Source: Phallusia mammillata
Lineage: Eukaryota
Length of the DNA: 64,000 nucleotides
Direction of reading: 5' to 3'
Assembly (NCBI GenBank): GCA_965637545.1
Contig: OZ281495.1
Location: 11,532,001-11,596,000, forward strand
The translations under genes and the position numbers were made by a program. The notes under the pieces are model-generated. The model did not search any database. It was not told the DNA's origin and was given only the letters and a program-made list of their open reading frames with translations. Positions 51,101 through 64,000 of the stretch are shown here, piece by piece; the stretch's first letter is position 1; each line of letters opens with the position of its first letter.

Positions 51101-52505
51101 AAAAAACTAAAAACATTTTAACCATCAAAAACTGATATTTTTTGTGCATTAGTTAATGATTTGTTTATTGCAAGATCTGTGTATGATTAATACTTACAAA
51201 GCAAATGTTGAGGATTTTCCTTACATATTTGGCATGTTTTAATTATAATTCTGTCAGCACTAGCCAGTTTGGAAGCTTGGTATCGAAACGACAGGTCTTT
51301 TTGAAAGTGCTTGGACAGAACAGTAAGGAGCTGCTCCAGATAAGCTAAAAAAAGCAAAATTTTCACAACATTATAGTATGCTGAAACGTTTTAACAATAA
51401 ACCAAGTCACTTTTTATTTGGGCTATTGTATTTATCATTTAAAAAAGTATGCATAACAGTGTTTACATAGCAAATATGTTTATACATTTAAATTTTTTTA
51501 TTGATCTTGGCTATGTTTTTTAGTTAAATAAGCCTGGATAAATGATATAGTACATCCCTGTAGAATTGCAGGTTGAGGTATATATTGCCAATATAATAAA
51601 AACACAAAAAAACAAACTGAGGAAAAGACCCTGCTAAGTGCTAATACAGTTTGGTGACTGTTTAGTGCAATTGTATCTCTTTGTGTTGGTGATTGTTTAG
51701 TGTAATTGTTCTTTTACCAAGCGAAATAAACTCAACTTAACTCTAATACTGGCTGCATTCAATGTCCCTAACACACAATTCAATGTCCCCAACACATATG
51801 TAAGTTTAAGTTAAGACAACAGTTATGTGAAATGCTTACCGTCATCAATTTTGTCTGTATTGTTTATTGTGTACTCCTCCAAGTCCTTTACAGCCCTGAC
51901 TACAGCATGTTGACCATTTATTTGAGATTCCTTTATTATCATTGTTAAAGGAATGCCCTGATGATTTTAACAATTAAATATAGATACATAGAGACATACA
52001 AGTAAGCTAGAGACAGTGTACATTGTTTCAGCCCATAAGTACTCCTCAGTGGAGCTATGGATATGACTATACTAGCCTAAATAGTCAATGTCCTGTCAAG
52101 CCTGCTGTACTGACTACTGATGCAACTCTATAGGTCAAAACAGTGTACAGTGTCTGGAATTTACATTTAAACATAAATTTAAACTTATAACAGCACAACT
52201 AACAGTGTTATTTTTAAACTACTTTTTGGCTACTAAAATTGAGTGTTAAAATAGATTTAAATGCACCATTCAAGCAGATTTTTTCTACAGTATTGAAACT
52301 TGAAAGAGATTGCTTTTCAAAGCTTTTCAGTTGTCATTGGCCATCACTGTTTTGTTGCACTTGGAACTATTTTACTAACCTGAGAAGTAAATTGTTCAAT
52401 TGCATCATCTACAGCTTCTTGGTCCTCCATTCCAAAATCGTTGATATTTTCTTGGACCACACAATCAAATGTGTCTTGAGTAATTGCCTTAATGTTCCCC
52501 GCCAT
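39146..52505 (-). CDS. ARMC6: Armadillo repeat-containing protein 6
   Basis: Exons encode MAGNIKAITQDTFDCVVQENINDF..., LDGQPDL, CTKHEGNR, LRCLALDDDVRVQFGKAHEH, LMVRNEFCQ...GGL, LLKAISGNDEVK, QACMAIRNLVAR and EAKAALRDL. These are colinear with ARMC6. AATAAA at ~39010; an ~8.9-kb intron spans ~40930-49830. Confidence 0.92.
46151..48954 (+). CDS. Nested antisense gene with a UPA-like domain (UNC5/ZU5-UPA family); 5' exons unresolved
   Basis: In-phase GT-AG exons 46151-46329, 46839-47024, 47624-47889, 48615-48954. Product ...KRMIASLY...IKVCVCDDLPHVLHAVEAQQR...VIPNHAVW...LQISITSQDEHG resembles UNC5 UPA (KRLxLAVF...IRVYCLxDT...EIPFYHIW...KLxVxQVEG). A possible ZU5 exon lies at ~44408-44520. Confidence 0.55.
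46559..46758. mobile_element. hAT-like MITE, CAGTGGTGGGATTC family, copy 1
   Basis: TIR CAGTTGTAGGATTC...GAATCCCACCACTG; TSD GATGCACC/GATGCACA. Confidence 0.8.
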
Positions 52506-52772
52506 CAAAACCTTTGTTTTGCTTCCCTATCTGAAAGTTTACTGACTCTCCACTTATGACCAATTATCTGTGCTATTTAGGGACAAAACTGCTAGTGCTA
52601 GACTGTAACAACTAACTGCTAGTGCCATAGACTATTCGCTAAGAAACGTTTTAAAACATTTTGAAATTTGGCAGGCGAACGGGAAATACCCCGAACCCCA
52701 AAGGCCTTGTAATTTCAAAACCACTTCTACATTTTATTTAACGTTTGTAATATTACATTTCCTATGTTCTTG

Positions 52773-52927
52773 GCAGGTTCTATAGAACCGTCTCACGAAA
52801 TTTTTTGAGATCAGCGAACCGGTAAGCATTACTGGTTACTGTCGATAGACTTTTTGTAACGGAACCGGATGCAAAATATAACTTTTGTGATAGAACCGGC
52901 TTACAAAAAATTTGAATCCCACCACTG
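52773..52927. mobile_element. Same MITE family, partial copy in reverse orientation
   Basis: Shared internal GAGATCAGCGAACCGG...ACTTTTGTGATAGAACC and one terminus GAATCCCACCACTG. Confidence 0.7.
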
Positions 52928-53258
52928 ATTTTTTTGTCATACCGTATTGCTCTTCTAAAACATTCTTTATAACGTATGGTGTTTGTTTATCGATGCACGT
53001 ATTTCCTCCTGTTTATGCTGTCGTTTCCGGTACAACTTTGAGTAGAACACAACCTGTTGGTACCCGAGAGAAAGCATGGTTGCTCTGCTAGAGGTCGCTA
53101 TGAAAAACAAAGTCCACAAACCTAAAGAAAACGGTTTACTCACGGCTTTCTAAAGAATCTGTCTCACTATAAATTAGTTTCCCACCCAATCTTCCGGCTA
53201 TTTCTTCTAAATTTTGGATGTTAAATTGTTGGAATTTATCCCATGTCTTAACTGATTA

Positions 53259-53574
53259 CAGGTCGATCTAGCCATTTCCTTTTACGAAGCTGACATGTGC
53301 AACATATGAGGCAGGCAACGGTGCTTGTGACTCAACTTTCGGCGGGTTCTCCACAGAGCCTGCGTAGCTCAGTTGGTAGAGCGCCAGTCCCGGAAAGTCT
53401 TCTGTCGTGGGTTCGAATACCATCACAGGCTAGATTTTTCCAGCCTACGCCTTGTCACATGAACAATGCTTGGTGGCCGACTGGTGCGGTACAAACGCTT
53501 TTAATGCAATGGGCCTGAGGAAGACATGAGGAAGATTGCTGGTCTGCTTCAACGCTGAACCCAGCTATTCATTA
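53259..53574. mobile_element. 316-bp SINE-like insertion with an internal tRNA-derived module
   Basis: Flanked by a 16-bp direct repeat ATGTCTTAACTGATTA (53243-53258 and 53575-53590). tRNA-like segment 53357-53431 has A box TAGCTCAGTTGG, B box GGTTCGAATACC and a T5 run at 53435. Confidence 0.7.
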
Positions 53575-54059
53575 ATGTCTTAACTGATTATTCCCGTTTT
53601 ACGTTTTAATGACTTAACAATTTTAATGATAGGCACAAGAAACATCAAATCCGTAAAACTAAATAAGCGACTAGGAAAATCTTTTGCTGTGCGAATATAG
53701 TCATTTTGTAGTTTCGACTCGTTTAGTGTCAGTGTATCTTTGTTGACTGTTTTAAACATTGTATCACAGTCATTGACATGTATGCTTCTTATTGTAGTAG
53801 TTTTGTTTTGAAAAGGCATCATCAACCGTTTTCGAGAATTTCACCGCCCACCAAATGCGTAATCAGAATGCAAGCCTGGAGACGTAGTTTTAAAAGCAAG
53901 CCGACACATCTCTGGTTTACTGACTCAGAGTTTTGTAGGCTAGATGTATCCATCGGTGGTTGTAGACAACTTTTATTCGTTACTTTTTTATTAACAACTA
54001 CGCCTGATCTCCTTGCTGGTACAGAAGATTTAAGCGGACTTGATTAGGAAGACAAGATA

Positions 54060-57000
54060 ATGAAATTATTTGCTCTTGCGGTGTTGGGGACTGCTCTACT
54101 AATATTTGAAGGTGAGTTTTACTACTTTTGTATGGCAGTAAGCAATAACTTTTTTCTGTCTATTCTTTTAACCCCATAGCCGTACTTTAAATGTGGGTAC
54201 GGGTACTCAGTATGAAGGTGCCTAATATGAAAAATAACGAAGCATTAAAACAAAGGGAGGTCTAACTCTGCCATGTCTAAAAACTTAACCAGAAGTTGAA
54301 CCCTATATTTTGTTTAGCTCTGAACTAAGACAAATAAAACGCTGCCTGTACTATTTTTGTAATCGCCACAAAGAAAAAGTAGCGATTTTAGAAGCACGTA
54401 TCCGAAGAATACGTGAGATAACTCTTATAGGGCATAGCAAAATGACAATACGGTCATTTTCAAGCAGTGGTCTTTTTGGTAGTATAGTGATGTACCGAAG
54501 TGACGGTTGGCCGAAATAATTTGGCCATATACGCCGATACCGTGTATAAAATTTATGCCTAAACTTTTTATGTCGCGAAGTTAAAACATCATAAATCAAC
54601 TTTGTGTCTATAGTAAACTCGAGTCACGTTGTCTGCAAAATGTACGATGTTTTGTTTAGTTCAAGTATTGTAAAATTTGTTTTGGTGTGTCAAAAATAGG
54701 CATCAATAACATACGGTTAATTTCAATTAAAAACATCTATCGGAACGGGACATTTAGGTTTAGCCTTGTGACCGAATACTATGTTTCGGCCCGTACCCTC
54801 CAAGGCAGATTCGGTACATCACTGTAGTAAATACCAAAGGTATAAAACTTGGTTTAACTACGAAAACCGGGGCGCCGCAGAATAAACGAGAACGTTTCAA
54901 TGGAATCTTTTACACTCGAGAATGTGCTTAACCTAAATATCCAAATCTAGCCCGCCAGTTACAAATTAAGTAAATGCTTGTGAATCGTTATTTGATGATC
55001 AGCATGTTTTGTTAGAGCATCACTTTTAATACTCGGTCCACAACAAAAAACACTAAAACTATTATTCTTGGTTGGTACAAGGATGTCGGTTATAAACTCG
55101 GTCCACCCCTACCCCATAGTATTGAGATCAACGGTTACAAAAGGCACCACTCATATCCCATATTCGGCCATTGCAAATGGGTTGTTTCTGGTTACAAGGC
55201 ACCATTACCGCTTATAATTTGTACAATTGTTTTTATTTAGGATGTTGTTGGCAAGGTATTAAGGCCCTTGAAGTGTTGTAATCACCTTTCTGTTGATAAC
55301 CCCTAGCTATGACTAACAGTTTATGAATAACAGCCCCAAATCATGCGTTAAACGCTACAAACAACCAGTGACGAAATAGGTGGACACATTCAGCTGCATG
55401 ACGTTTTGAAAGAAAGATTACACCAGTTCATGTAGGCGTGCGCTACATTTCTATTGCTTGGAAAACAATAGGTTAATCACCAGGAAACGTGTAACTGACC
55501 ATTTTAATTTAATGAAACCTGTATAACTCTGTGTGAGTAATTAAGTCCGTTACATGTATCTGTTGGTATAGGAGTTCGATGGGAGGCAAAAACGGTCAAA
55601 ACGAGTTTGAACTAAACCCACTGAAAATATGACTTTTCTTCGATTTTTTGACTCCCAAAAATCGGAAAAAAAAACTGAAAGGCTGTAGCCTTGATTTTTT
55701 CAAAAATCGGGTTAAATTTTTTTGAAATTTAGGTGTTTTTTTCTTTAATTTTAAATTTCTTTTTTATGCTTTTAGATTCTGGTTTAAACCGATTTGGCAA
55801 CAGGGCTTACGGCAAGAATTTGCACAATGTGCGCCAAAATGTACAGGTCAAAATGTGCAGGTGCCAAAATGTGCAGGTCAAATTGTGCGCACATTTTTCG
55901 AAAATGTGTGTACAATTTGAAAAACGCTCGCATGCCCATCTCTGATTTGGAGGTTCGGTAGTAAGCTAAAACTGGCCAGAACAAGTTTGAAACTAGTAAT
56001 ATTTCGGCGAAAACTTACTCATAAAAAGATTTTTATTGACCTTCCAAAATCGAAAAATAAGAATGTAGGCTATATCCTAAATAGCTTTTTTTTTCGAAAA
56101 TCAACCCAAAATTTCATATACCCGATTTCGGTTATATTATTGGTTAAAGTAACTACTTATGTACAATGCACGACTTTGAGCTGATCATTTGAAGTTCAGG
56201 TCTTTTATTTTGTTTGGACCTTTTAAAACATAAAAAACTGATCCAGTTTAAAACCCTTTTAGACCCATAACCTTTTCTTAAGTGTTACAATTCCAAACAT
56301 CTTGATTTGTACGACTTTTTAGAATGCAAGGCAGATATGGGAAAACAAAATGAAAGTTGTACGAACTGCCACCAAAACGCTTCTTGCGTAGGCCCCCAGC
56401 AATGCTCTTGCAATAGTGGACTAACCGGAAACGGCACATATTGTTTTGATCTTGATGAATGTGCTTCTGGAGGATCCTTTTGTGGAATCAACAACACATG
56501 TGTGAACACTTACGGCAGTTACACTTGCATAAAATGTGTAGAACCGTTTTGTGAAGGAAGCAACACTTTTTCTAACAGTGTGACGTATCCTCCTATAAAC
56601 TGCGATGGATATGTCACATGTAACTGTAGTTTAGATAACGTTACTCAAGCCGTTAAAACAGACCTTTGCACTTCTCCGCTTCTTTACATATATCCATGTA
56701 CTATGGTGGAATATTGTAAATCCAGTGAAAGCATCCAATGCAACTGCACATTCCACAATGTCACTAATACATAATTAAGAGATGTCTCTCGAAATCAATC
56801 GATTCCTTGCACTTTTCTGATTATGCAAGCCAACGCTACAGGCAATCCTCAATGCACCTGTAAACCAGGGTTCAACAAATCAGGAGCAGCGTGCATAGAC
56901 ATAAATGAATGCTTAACCAATCCGTGCCATGAAAATGCCAAATGCTTTAATATCGATGGCAGTCACCAATGTACATGTGATTCGGGCTATACTGGAAACG

Positions 57001-60000
57001 GATCATTTTGTACAGATTTTAATGAATGTAACGCAAATCCATGTCACTCAAACGCGTGTTGTAACAATACCGCTGGTGGTTTTCAATGTAAATGCCGGCC
57101 AGGGTTTTCTGGTAACGGAACCCACTGCACAGAGATGGAAACTATAAAAGCTACTAATCAGTGTCATACCAACGCAAGCTGCAGCAATACTATAGGAAGC
57201 TACCAATGCAGTTGTAACCATGGGTTTAGTGGAAATGGATTTGGTTGCGAAGATGTAAACGAATGCGTGTTGGGAACCGATAACTGTCATCCAACCCAAG
57301 GTCTGTGCACTAACCAAGTTGGATCTTTCACTTGTTCATGTAAAGCTGGATATTCTGGCGACGGAGTGACCTGCCAAGGTATGTCTCGTGTTAGGAGTTT
57401 GTCAAATCGGGCAATTTCCCCGACAAATAAAACAAAAAAACATGCTAAGGCCAGTCATCAAAATTGGAAAAAATGCAAAAGCGCTAATGGCAGTGGTGGG
57501 ATTTAAATTTTTTGTTAGCCGGGTCTATCACAAAAGTCATATTTTTGAGTCGGTTCTGTTACAAAAAGTCCATTGACAGTAACCAATAATGCTAACCGGT
57601 TCGCTGATCTCATAAAAAGACGATTCTATAATACCGGTGCGAACCGTCTGAACCCCACCACTGGATAATGGTTATTCACATCCAAAACAACGCTAAACAA
57701 TGGCAAAATGTGTGTAAAATATTTGCGATGCCGGCTGTGTTGCAGTAATTGACCAGTGCGCCGCAACGATCAACGATTGTGACAATAATGCACAATGCAA
57801 CATGACGGGAAATAGTTACAAATGTAAATGCAATGCGGGATTCCACGGAGATGGAAAAACATGTAAAAGTAAGTTTGGTTTGGTAAACATATTTATGACA
57901 AATTACAAAACCAAAGTATATACTACTATCACTTCATATTATGCTTATCAGCACCGATGGCAAGTATACTGTAAATGTTGTTAGGAGTCTACTTTCGGGT
58001 TACCAGACGTCCGGAATTACCCGGACATGTCCGAAATTTTGTCGTATAATCTGTGTCCGGAAATAATTTTCAAAAACATTACGTGTCCGGAATGTTAACG
58101 TCTAGCGGTCTACTTACAGCAGTTTTCAAAATTTTACGTTATTACTGTTGTCGTACATTCGTGCAAAACAATGCGTCTTGAAGGCTTACAATATACCCGT
58201 TAAAAGGACCGGATGTTGTAAAACTTTATGTTTTGTAATTTATTCGAAAACAAAGCTGAGCTTTTTTATATGGTAACCCTAGTCTACTACTAACACACGA
58301 TTGCTATAATCAATATGCTGAAATAAGCAGATCAAATTCACACTACAAGTGCAAGAATTAAAAAGTATCGTCGTAACTGAAATTTGTATTTTATTTGCTC
58401 TGTTTTAAATTTTACAGAACTTTTTCTCCGCGAATTCGGACAAAACATCACTTCGACCTCTTTAAATCAAATGCAATTGAAAATCGAGCTTTCCAAATCT
58501 CTCCTTTCGGCTTTTCAGTACCAGAACGGCAACGTAAAACAAATCCTTATCGTCAACATCAGCGGGTCCTATGTGCAGTAAGTACAACGTTCAAGATTCA
58601 CTATTATGAAGTAAATTCAACCTAACTGCAATAAACACTTCTAGATATTATGTCCAATATGTCAATGGACCACAGGTGGATTCACTTTTTCTCGACAGCT
58701 ACGTGAAGTATGAAAGGACCAAGCCAATATCGCTTCTCAGTGGCTTGCCTCAAACATGTAAGTTTTTTCAACGTTAGTTGTAGACAAAAAGCAGAAATAA
58801 ATACTGTTTATTTTTTTCTAGCTTTTTGTAAACAAATCTCTATCGGTGGTTACACTTTCCCAAAGATTTCCGTAAACAAGTTAAGCTACTCCACGGAAAT
58901 GTGCCCTAGAGGTAAGCGGTTGCCTATTGGCAACAATTTTGTGTCTAAAGCCAAATTAACAATAAAGATATTTTAAAAATGTAAGGTGCACCCATTATGA
59001 CTTTTCTTAGACTGGATGTTGGCACAATTCACGTTGGGAGTGTCTCTTAAGGTTTAAAGAGCTATCAAAAACGAAATAATAAAAACCTTTACGTCCAAAC
59101 AAAAACAGCGAAAAAAATCGCTTATGTTTAAATATGTAAATATTTCGTTATAGTGGTTATGTCTAATTATTTTGTTATTCCGTCATAATATTAGTGATTG
59201 AACTGGTGTTGTATAGGTTATTTCCAGGCATCTCTTCGCTGCATACCACTGGTAATGAATACAGTTAATGGTGTACTGCATACTTCACAATTCGACGCAA
59301 ATGGCGTGGTTTCAGTTTCGTGTGAAGACCAGATTAAAGATATCAAAGTAAGTTCTGATAGTTAACCATACTTGTAAATTTCGCTACTACGGAAATTGTA
59401 CTTCAATTGGGTATTCGCCTATGTGTGTAACATTTGCTTACGTTCAAAACAACATAATCACAAAAGGTTGCCTTACCAGAGTCGGGATTTGGGCCGGGCT
59501 TTCATTGTCAATTTTTATAGGCCTTTTAAGCAAACATTAGGGCCTAAATACAGCAGTAAAAAACTCATGCAGCGCATGAGACAATTGCGGTTATACCTAA
59601 GCCCAAGAACAGCAAATATTTAACAAAAAAATATGTTTGATTCTCTATTGTATTGTTTTACTAATGGTTTGCTAGGAATTATCTTTGTTGGCGCTTGTAA
59701 GACAACAGAATATTTATATAAAATCGTACAGGACTGCCAGCACTTAATAATAAAATCATTTTGTCAGATCAACGTCTCTTCACCTACTCAGGAATCAGTT
59801 GAGCAGGCAGCAAGCAGTCTTCAAATTATTACGTCTGGAGATACGCCGCTATCAAAAGAAGAAGTTGAGCAGTCATTTACAGTCATTACTTCAATAAGTA
59901 CAGCTGTTGAGACCGGTGCTGTAATGATTAGTTTTTGGTTTATTTTAATTCGTTAAATAACGTATAGGCTATAGTTTGTACTAAAGACTAAATATTCGGT

Positions 60001-62731
60001 TTTTCTTTTTTTTCGGCCGAATAGTTTATTTTTAAAAAGTTTCGGTATCGGTCAAATGTTTGTTGCGATTCGGCAAAAAACGATTATTTTTACGAAAGCG
60101 TAAAACTGCTTATAATGCCACACAATATTTTAAACTATTCGTATGCGCCATGACTAAAATCGTGTATAACCATATGCTGTGAGTTAACAGCCAGTGAATA
60201 TGAGATATTTTCTGCCAGTTTTTTAATCTTACATGCATGCAGTGAACATTGTTTCGACCCAGATCTCACCAGTGGTGGGATTCGAAATGTTTGTTAGCCG
60301 TTTCTATCACAAAAGTCATATTCTTCAGCCGGTTCTGTTCCATTGACAGTAACCAGTAATGCTGACCGGTTCGCTGATCTCATAAAATTTAGTGGGACGG
60401 TTCTATAGAACCGGTGCGAACCGGCTGAATCCCACCACTGACCATGTGCACTGTCTGCAGCCTATTTGTCATGTAATAGCTCCATGCTTTTATGTTAATC
60501 TTTGAAGGTATCGGAGTCTCTTTTGGTTAACGTCGTTGTGGCAACGGCGCACGTCGCTCATTCTATTGATGAACAGCAAACGTCAAATCAAACCACCACG
60601 ATTGGCGCGAACCAAACTTCAATGGCTGCAGCAGTTGTCAAATCTCTAAATCTTCTCGCCCACGGAATTGTTTTCGACAATACGTCTATTGCTGTGTTTG
60701 AAATTAAAACTAAATATATTGTTATAAAGGTGAGTGCTTATACTCACATAATGTTTTGTTATTTGTTGTATTTGTCGACAATCTTGCGTAGATCTACACA
60801 GGAACTCAGAGCACACACGGTTTGCTAAATTTCGATGGAGGGCGTAAAGAGCGTAGCTATTAAAAAAACGGTTAAACTGGGATAGGGTTAGGGACTTAAT
60901 TTAATATAGACAACTAGGTTTTTAGGTTAATTTTATTGCTATTATTATTATGAAACCTTAGACTAACCCAAATAGCCCTAACCGTGAGCATTTTTTTACA
61001 CAAGCTGCATTTAAAATATTTGTGTTTGCCACGTCGGAATTTAGCAAACCTGCGTGCAGTGTGTTCCTGTGTTAGTAGTTTTACTAAAGTCTTGTGCTGG
61101 TTTCTAATCACGTATCGGCCACTTGTGTGACCCTGAGTAACTAGTTTAACAAGCGGCACCAGCTAAAATAAATTAAAGCCTACAAATACTTGCTTTAAAT
61201 AGAAAAATCAATAGTAAAAGTGTGTTGGCTTCTTGCGTCACTATTAGCTGTAGAATTCCACAGTATTACAAATGTGGTCAAGAGTATAAGCCCAGCTTAT
61301 GTTGCACAAAAAGTTCAGCATTCTGTCAAATCTATCTTGTATAGGTGGAGGAACACGCCAAAAGCGATAAACCAAAGAATGTTTGGTTTGCACCTGAAGA
61401 GGACGATATAGAAGGAACCGGTGGCAACGTTTTTCCTGTGAATATTTCAATTCCAAGCTCCGTGGTTTCCCAAGCATACAGTGACACAAATAAGTCGAAG
61501 TTGCGAACGGTGTTTTTCTTGTATAAAGGAGACGCACTTTTTCCATCGAGAAGAAAAGTTGACTTTGTGAGTTCCTTTAAAACGCATTGTAGCTTTTTAG
61601 GATCAATGTTGCTTTGTAGGTCAACGAATTTTACGAATTGGCCGAAACAGGCAAATGAAGGCTTATAGACCGGATTTGAACCTTAATAAACTCACACTTT
61701 TTTGCAGTATGATAAAAAAAGTTTTGTGCTTTTTTATTCGTGTTGAACGTGTAATCTTAAACATGTTCTAAACCAAAAACAGCAACAAAAAGTTAGCTTT
61801 TTCCTATTTTGGTGAAGACACAATCACAATATCACACATTTTAAGATAATCTCTGCTGAGGTCGGAAGTAATTCAACACTCACCAACTTAAACCCTCCAG
61901 TATCGATCTTGAACGCCAACGAAAACAGACGATACGGTGAAACGAAAGCGATAAATAGATTAAAGGTAAATTAAAAGGTAAATTGTGTTTAAAAAGCATG
62001 ATCGCTTTGCATGTGTGTTTAGGGTGTTTTTCTTTTTTTCTTTTGTAAACGAAATTTTAGCCTGAATACATCATCATAATAGATTTATATTTGATTATGT
62101 TTGACCAATTTCACCACTTCCAGACAACACGGTCAAACCAGTAAATACGAAGTCAACCACTATACGTTGTTAAGAACCGCCAGCTTTCTTAAAAACTATT
62201 TGATTTATTTGCAAAACCACTATAGGTTTTAATTTATTTTAAAGGTCTCGAGGGTGAGACAGCAGTGTACATTTTGGGACTTTAACACGGCAAGTTGGAA
62301 AACGGATGGATGTGGTCTCGATAGCAGCTCACAGCCACCAGTCTGCAAATGTAACCACCTCACAAATTTTGCTCTGATTGTGGTAAGTGATTAACATCCT
62401 TGCGTTAGTAGACTTATCGTTGCACAAAACGTGAATGATTAAAGGATCTACGCAACTGTTTTAATACTTTATACTGCAAAAAGTACGCCTTATACTGAAG
62501 CTAGTCTACACTTCACAAATTTTGTACATTTCATAAAGTCAAACTAAACGTCTTACAGCGCTACTCAACGGCAACTGACTTTTCATCAGTGGTGGAACTG
62601 ATTAATTTTATGTTTTTGCAGTCGACTGTCGAAGTGCCAGCAGACGTTGCACTATCTTATATCAGTGACATCGGTTGCGGAATTTCACTTGTCGGCTTTT
62701 TTCTAACGATCGTACTTCACATACTTAATCG
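54060..62731 (+). CDS. Adhesion GPCR (signal peptide, EGF/cbEGF repeats, SEA-like, GAIN/GPS, TM1); continues past the window; one in-frame stop at 56772
   Basis: Exon 1 [17 protein letters not shown] (54060-54111). Large EGF exon ~56323-57379 (DLDEC, DINEC, DFNEC, DVNEC). GPS exon [16 protein letters not shown]...[13 protein letters not shown] at ~62245-62382, then TM1 [22 protein letters not shown]. Confidence 0.88.
57491..57663. mobile_element. CAGTGGTGGGATT MITE, copy 3
   Basis: Both TIRs present; TSD GCTAATGG/GATAATGG. Confidence 0.8.
60270..60440. mobile_element. CAGTGGTGGGATT MITE, copy 4
   Basis: Both TIRs are perfect (CAGTGGTGGGATTC/GAATCCCACCACTG); no TSD is recognisable. Confidence 0.75.
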
Positions 62732-63047
62732 GTGAGTAACTAAAATGGTATTAAGAAGCTTCGCAGCCTGCGGTGATATCGATAAACGCTGGATTTAAAA
62801 AAAAAAATTTAAAAAAAACATTTTCTAAAATTTGCCCACCTAAAATTATTGTTTATTTGGCCAATGAAAAAAGTTTGAGTCCAACGTTTTTTATCGTTTA
62901 GTGCAGATCGTTGTTAAGTATAATGTCGTATTTAAATTTTGACTGAAATTTTGGAAGGGCATTGTTTATTAGATTATTACCCCAAAACATGTGTTATATG
63001 TATTATACATGAAATATCACTTGGCGTAAAACTTTGAATTAAACTAA

Positions 63048-64000
63048 GGCTGCGTTCACACATAGGCACCGCCACGTGGTTTCGTACCAGGTGTTCATAC
63101 TCCGCGCGTCCACACTGGGCAAAAAAGGTCGTTCACACTGGACGGTTTTCGCGACTAGGCATCGCGTTTTTGGCTGGTGTGGACGGCAGGTTTTGACGTC
63201 TGGAGACAGGTTTCGCGATGAGAGAAAAGTGTGGTTTCAAACCTGATGTTGTTGAAAAAAAACAAAAAAACTCACTACTATCGCTAGTTTTATTTGATTT
63301 TCGGCAATGGCAGATTAGAGTTTAAATGAACTATGCAGGTCATGTTTGAAAAAGTTACTTTTTCAGTTTGTAGACTTTATTTGCATGCATTTCAGTTTCA
63401 TAAAAAGGATGGATTTAAGTGGAAAGTTTTTAAGTGTAAATATAGTTTGGATTCTTGCTAAACGAAAACGCAGACGTGTACAGCTCAATCAAGATTTCCT
63501 TTTTAACTCATTGAGTTACACATGTCAACCTAATTGGCATTTGTACATCTGCAAAAAACAAACACACACTGTAACATCTAATGCACTTGTAAAAGCCCTT
63601 GTCCAACAACATTGTATATAGGCTACTGTGCCAGACTCCAATACTTGCGGTTGTGTCAGTGGTCTGTCACACAATTGATGGCATCTAACAAGTCAAAGTG
63701 GTTTGCAATGGAGTTTGGCATAGGTATGTCTGAAGATTGACCTGTTTTTCCCAATTTAGCCTATCCTTATATTTTAAATAGTCCCGACGAAGTTGTTGCA
63801 TTTTTTTGACAGGAAAGTGCATTCCTGCTGGGTAGACCCAATGCAATTTTTTGAAACACTTCCTTATGGCTCTTTGCCGTTGAAATCAAGAGCTGAACTT
63901 CCTCCGCACTCCAAAGTTTAATCAATTTTGTGACTTCTTCTTTAGACCATAGTATTCCTCGTTCACTCATTTTAGGCACGCAAACGTACACTATAGTTAA
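63048..64000 (-). mobile_element. PIF/Harbinger-like element with a decayed Myb/SANT (trihelix) ORF; runs off the window
   Basis: TAA followed by terminus GGCTGCGTTCACAC. Minus-strand ORF WSKEEVTKLIKLWS...HKEVFQKIA...RNALSCQK continues after frameshifts as MQQLRRDYLK and HFDLLDAI. Confidence 0.65.

Noticed and set aside
53357-53431. Functional tRNA gene
   Set aside because: The anticodon stem cannot pair (CCAGT vs AGTCT) and the T stem is imperfect; it is embedded in a TSD-flanked insertion.
55560-56290. Possible piggyBac-like element with short AAAATGTGCAGGT repeats in the adhesion GPCR intron
   Set aside because: Matching TIRs and a TTAA TSD could not be established.

Overview
This is AT-rich, intron-containing eukaryotic DNA from an invertebrate. 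The gene mix and short introns suggest a tunicate, but that is inference. Host genes: a 5'-truncated hotdog-fold thioesterase, an LRR-less LDLa-repeat GPCR plus a truncated duplicate, a tandem ~3.3-kb duplication carrying two miniature cystine-knot genes, two Sulfotransfer_4-like genes plus a relic, TRMT5, ARMC6 (with a nested antisense UPA/UNC5-like gene), and an EGF/GAIN/GPS adhesion GPCR with one in-frame stop. The stand-out feature is a complete 9.87-kb cut-and-paste element (28809-38679). It has ~70-bp imperfect TIRs and an exact 8-bp TSD (TAAAAGGT), and sits ~105 bp upstream of the TRMT5 start codon. Its long ORF fuses a Mutator/NOF-like DDE transposase to a Ulp1-type SUMO protease and a USP-type deubiquitinase, with all catalytic residues apparently intact. 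A PHD-finger segment is joined upstream through two compensating homopolymer frameshifts. The element also carries a 23-unit 39-bp GC-rich array and a 13-unit 191-bp satellite-like array. All protein family calls come from motif recognition by eye; no database searches were run.
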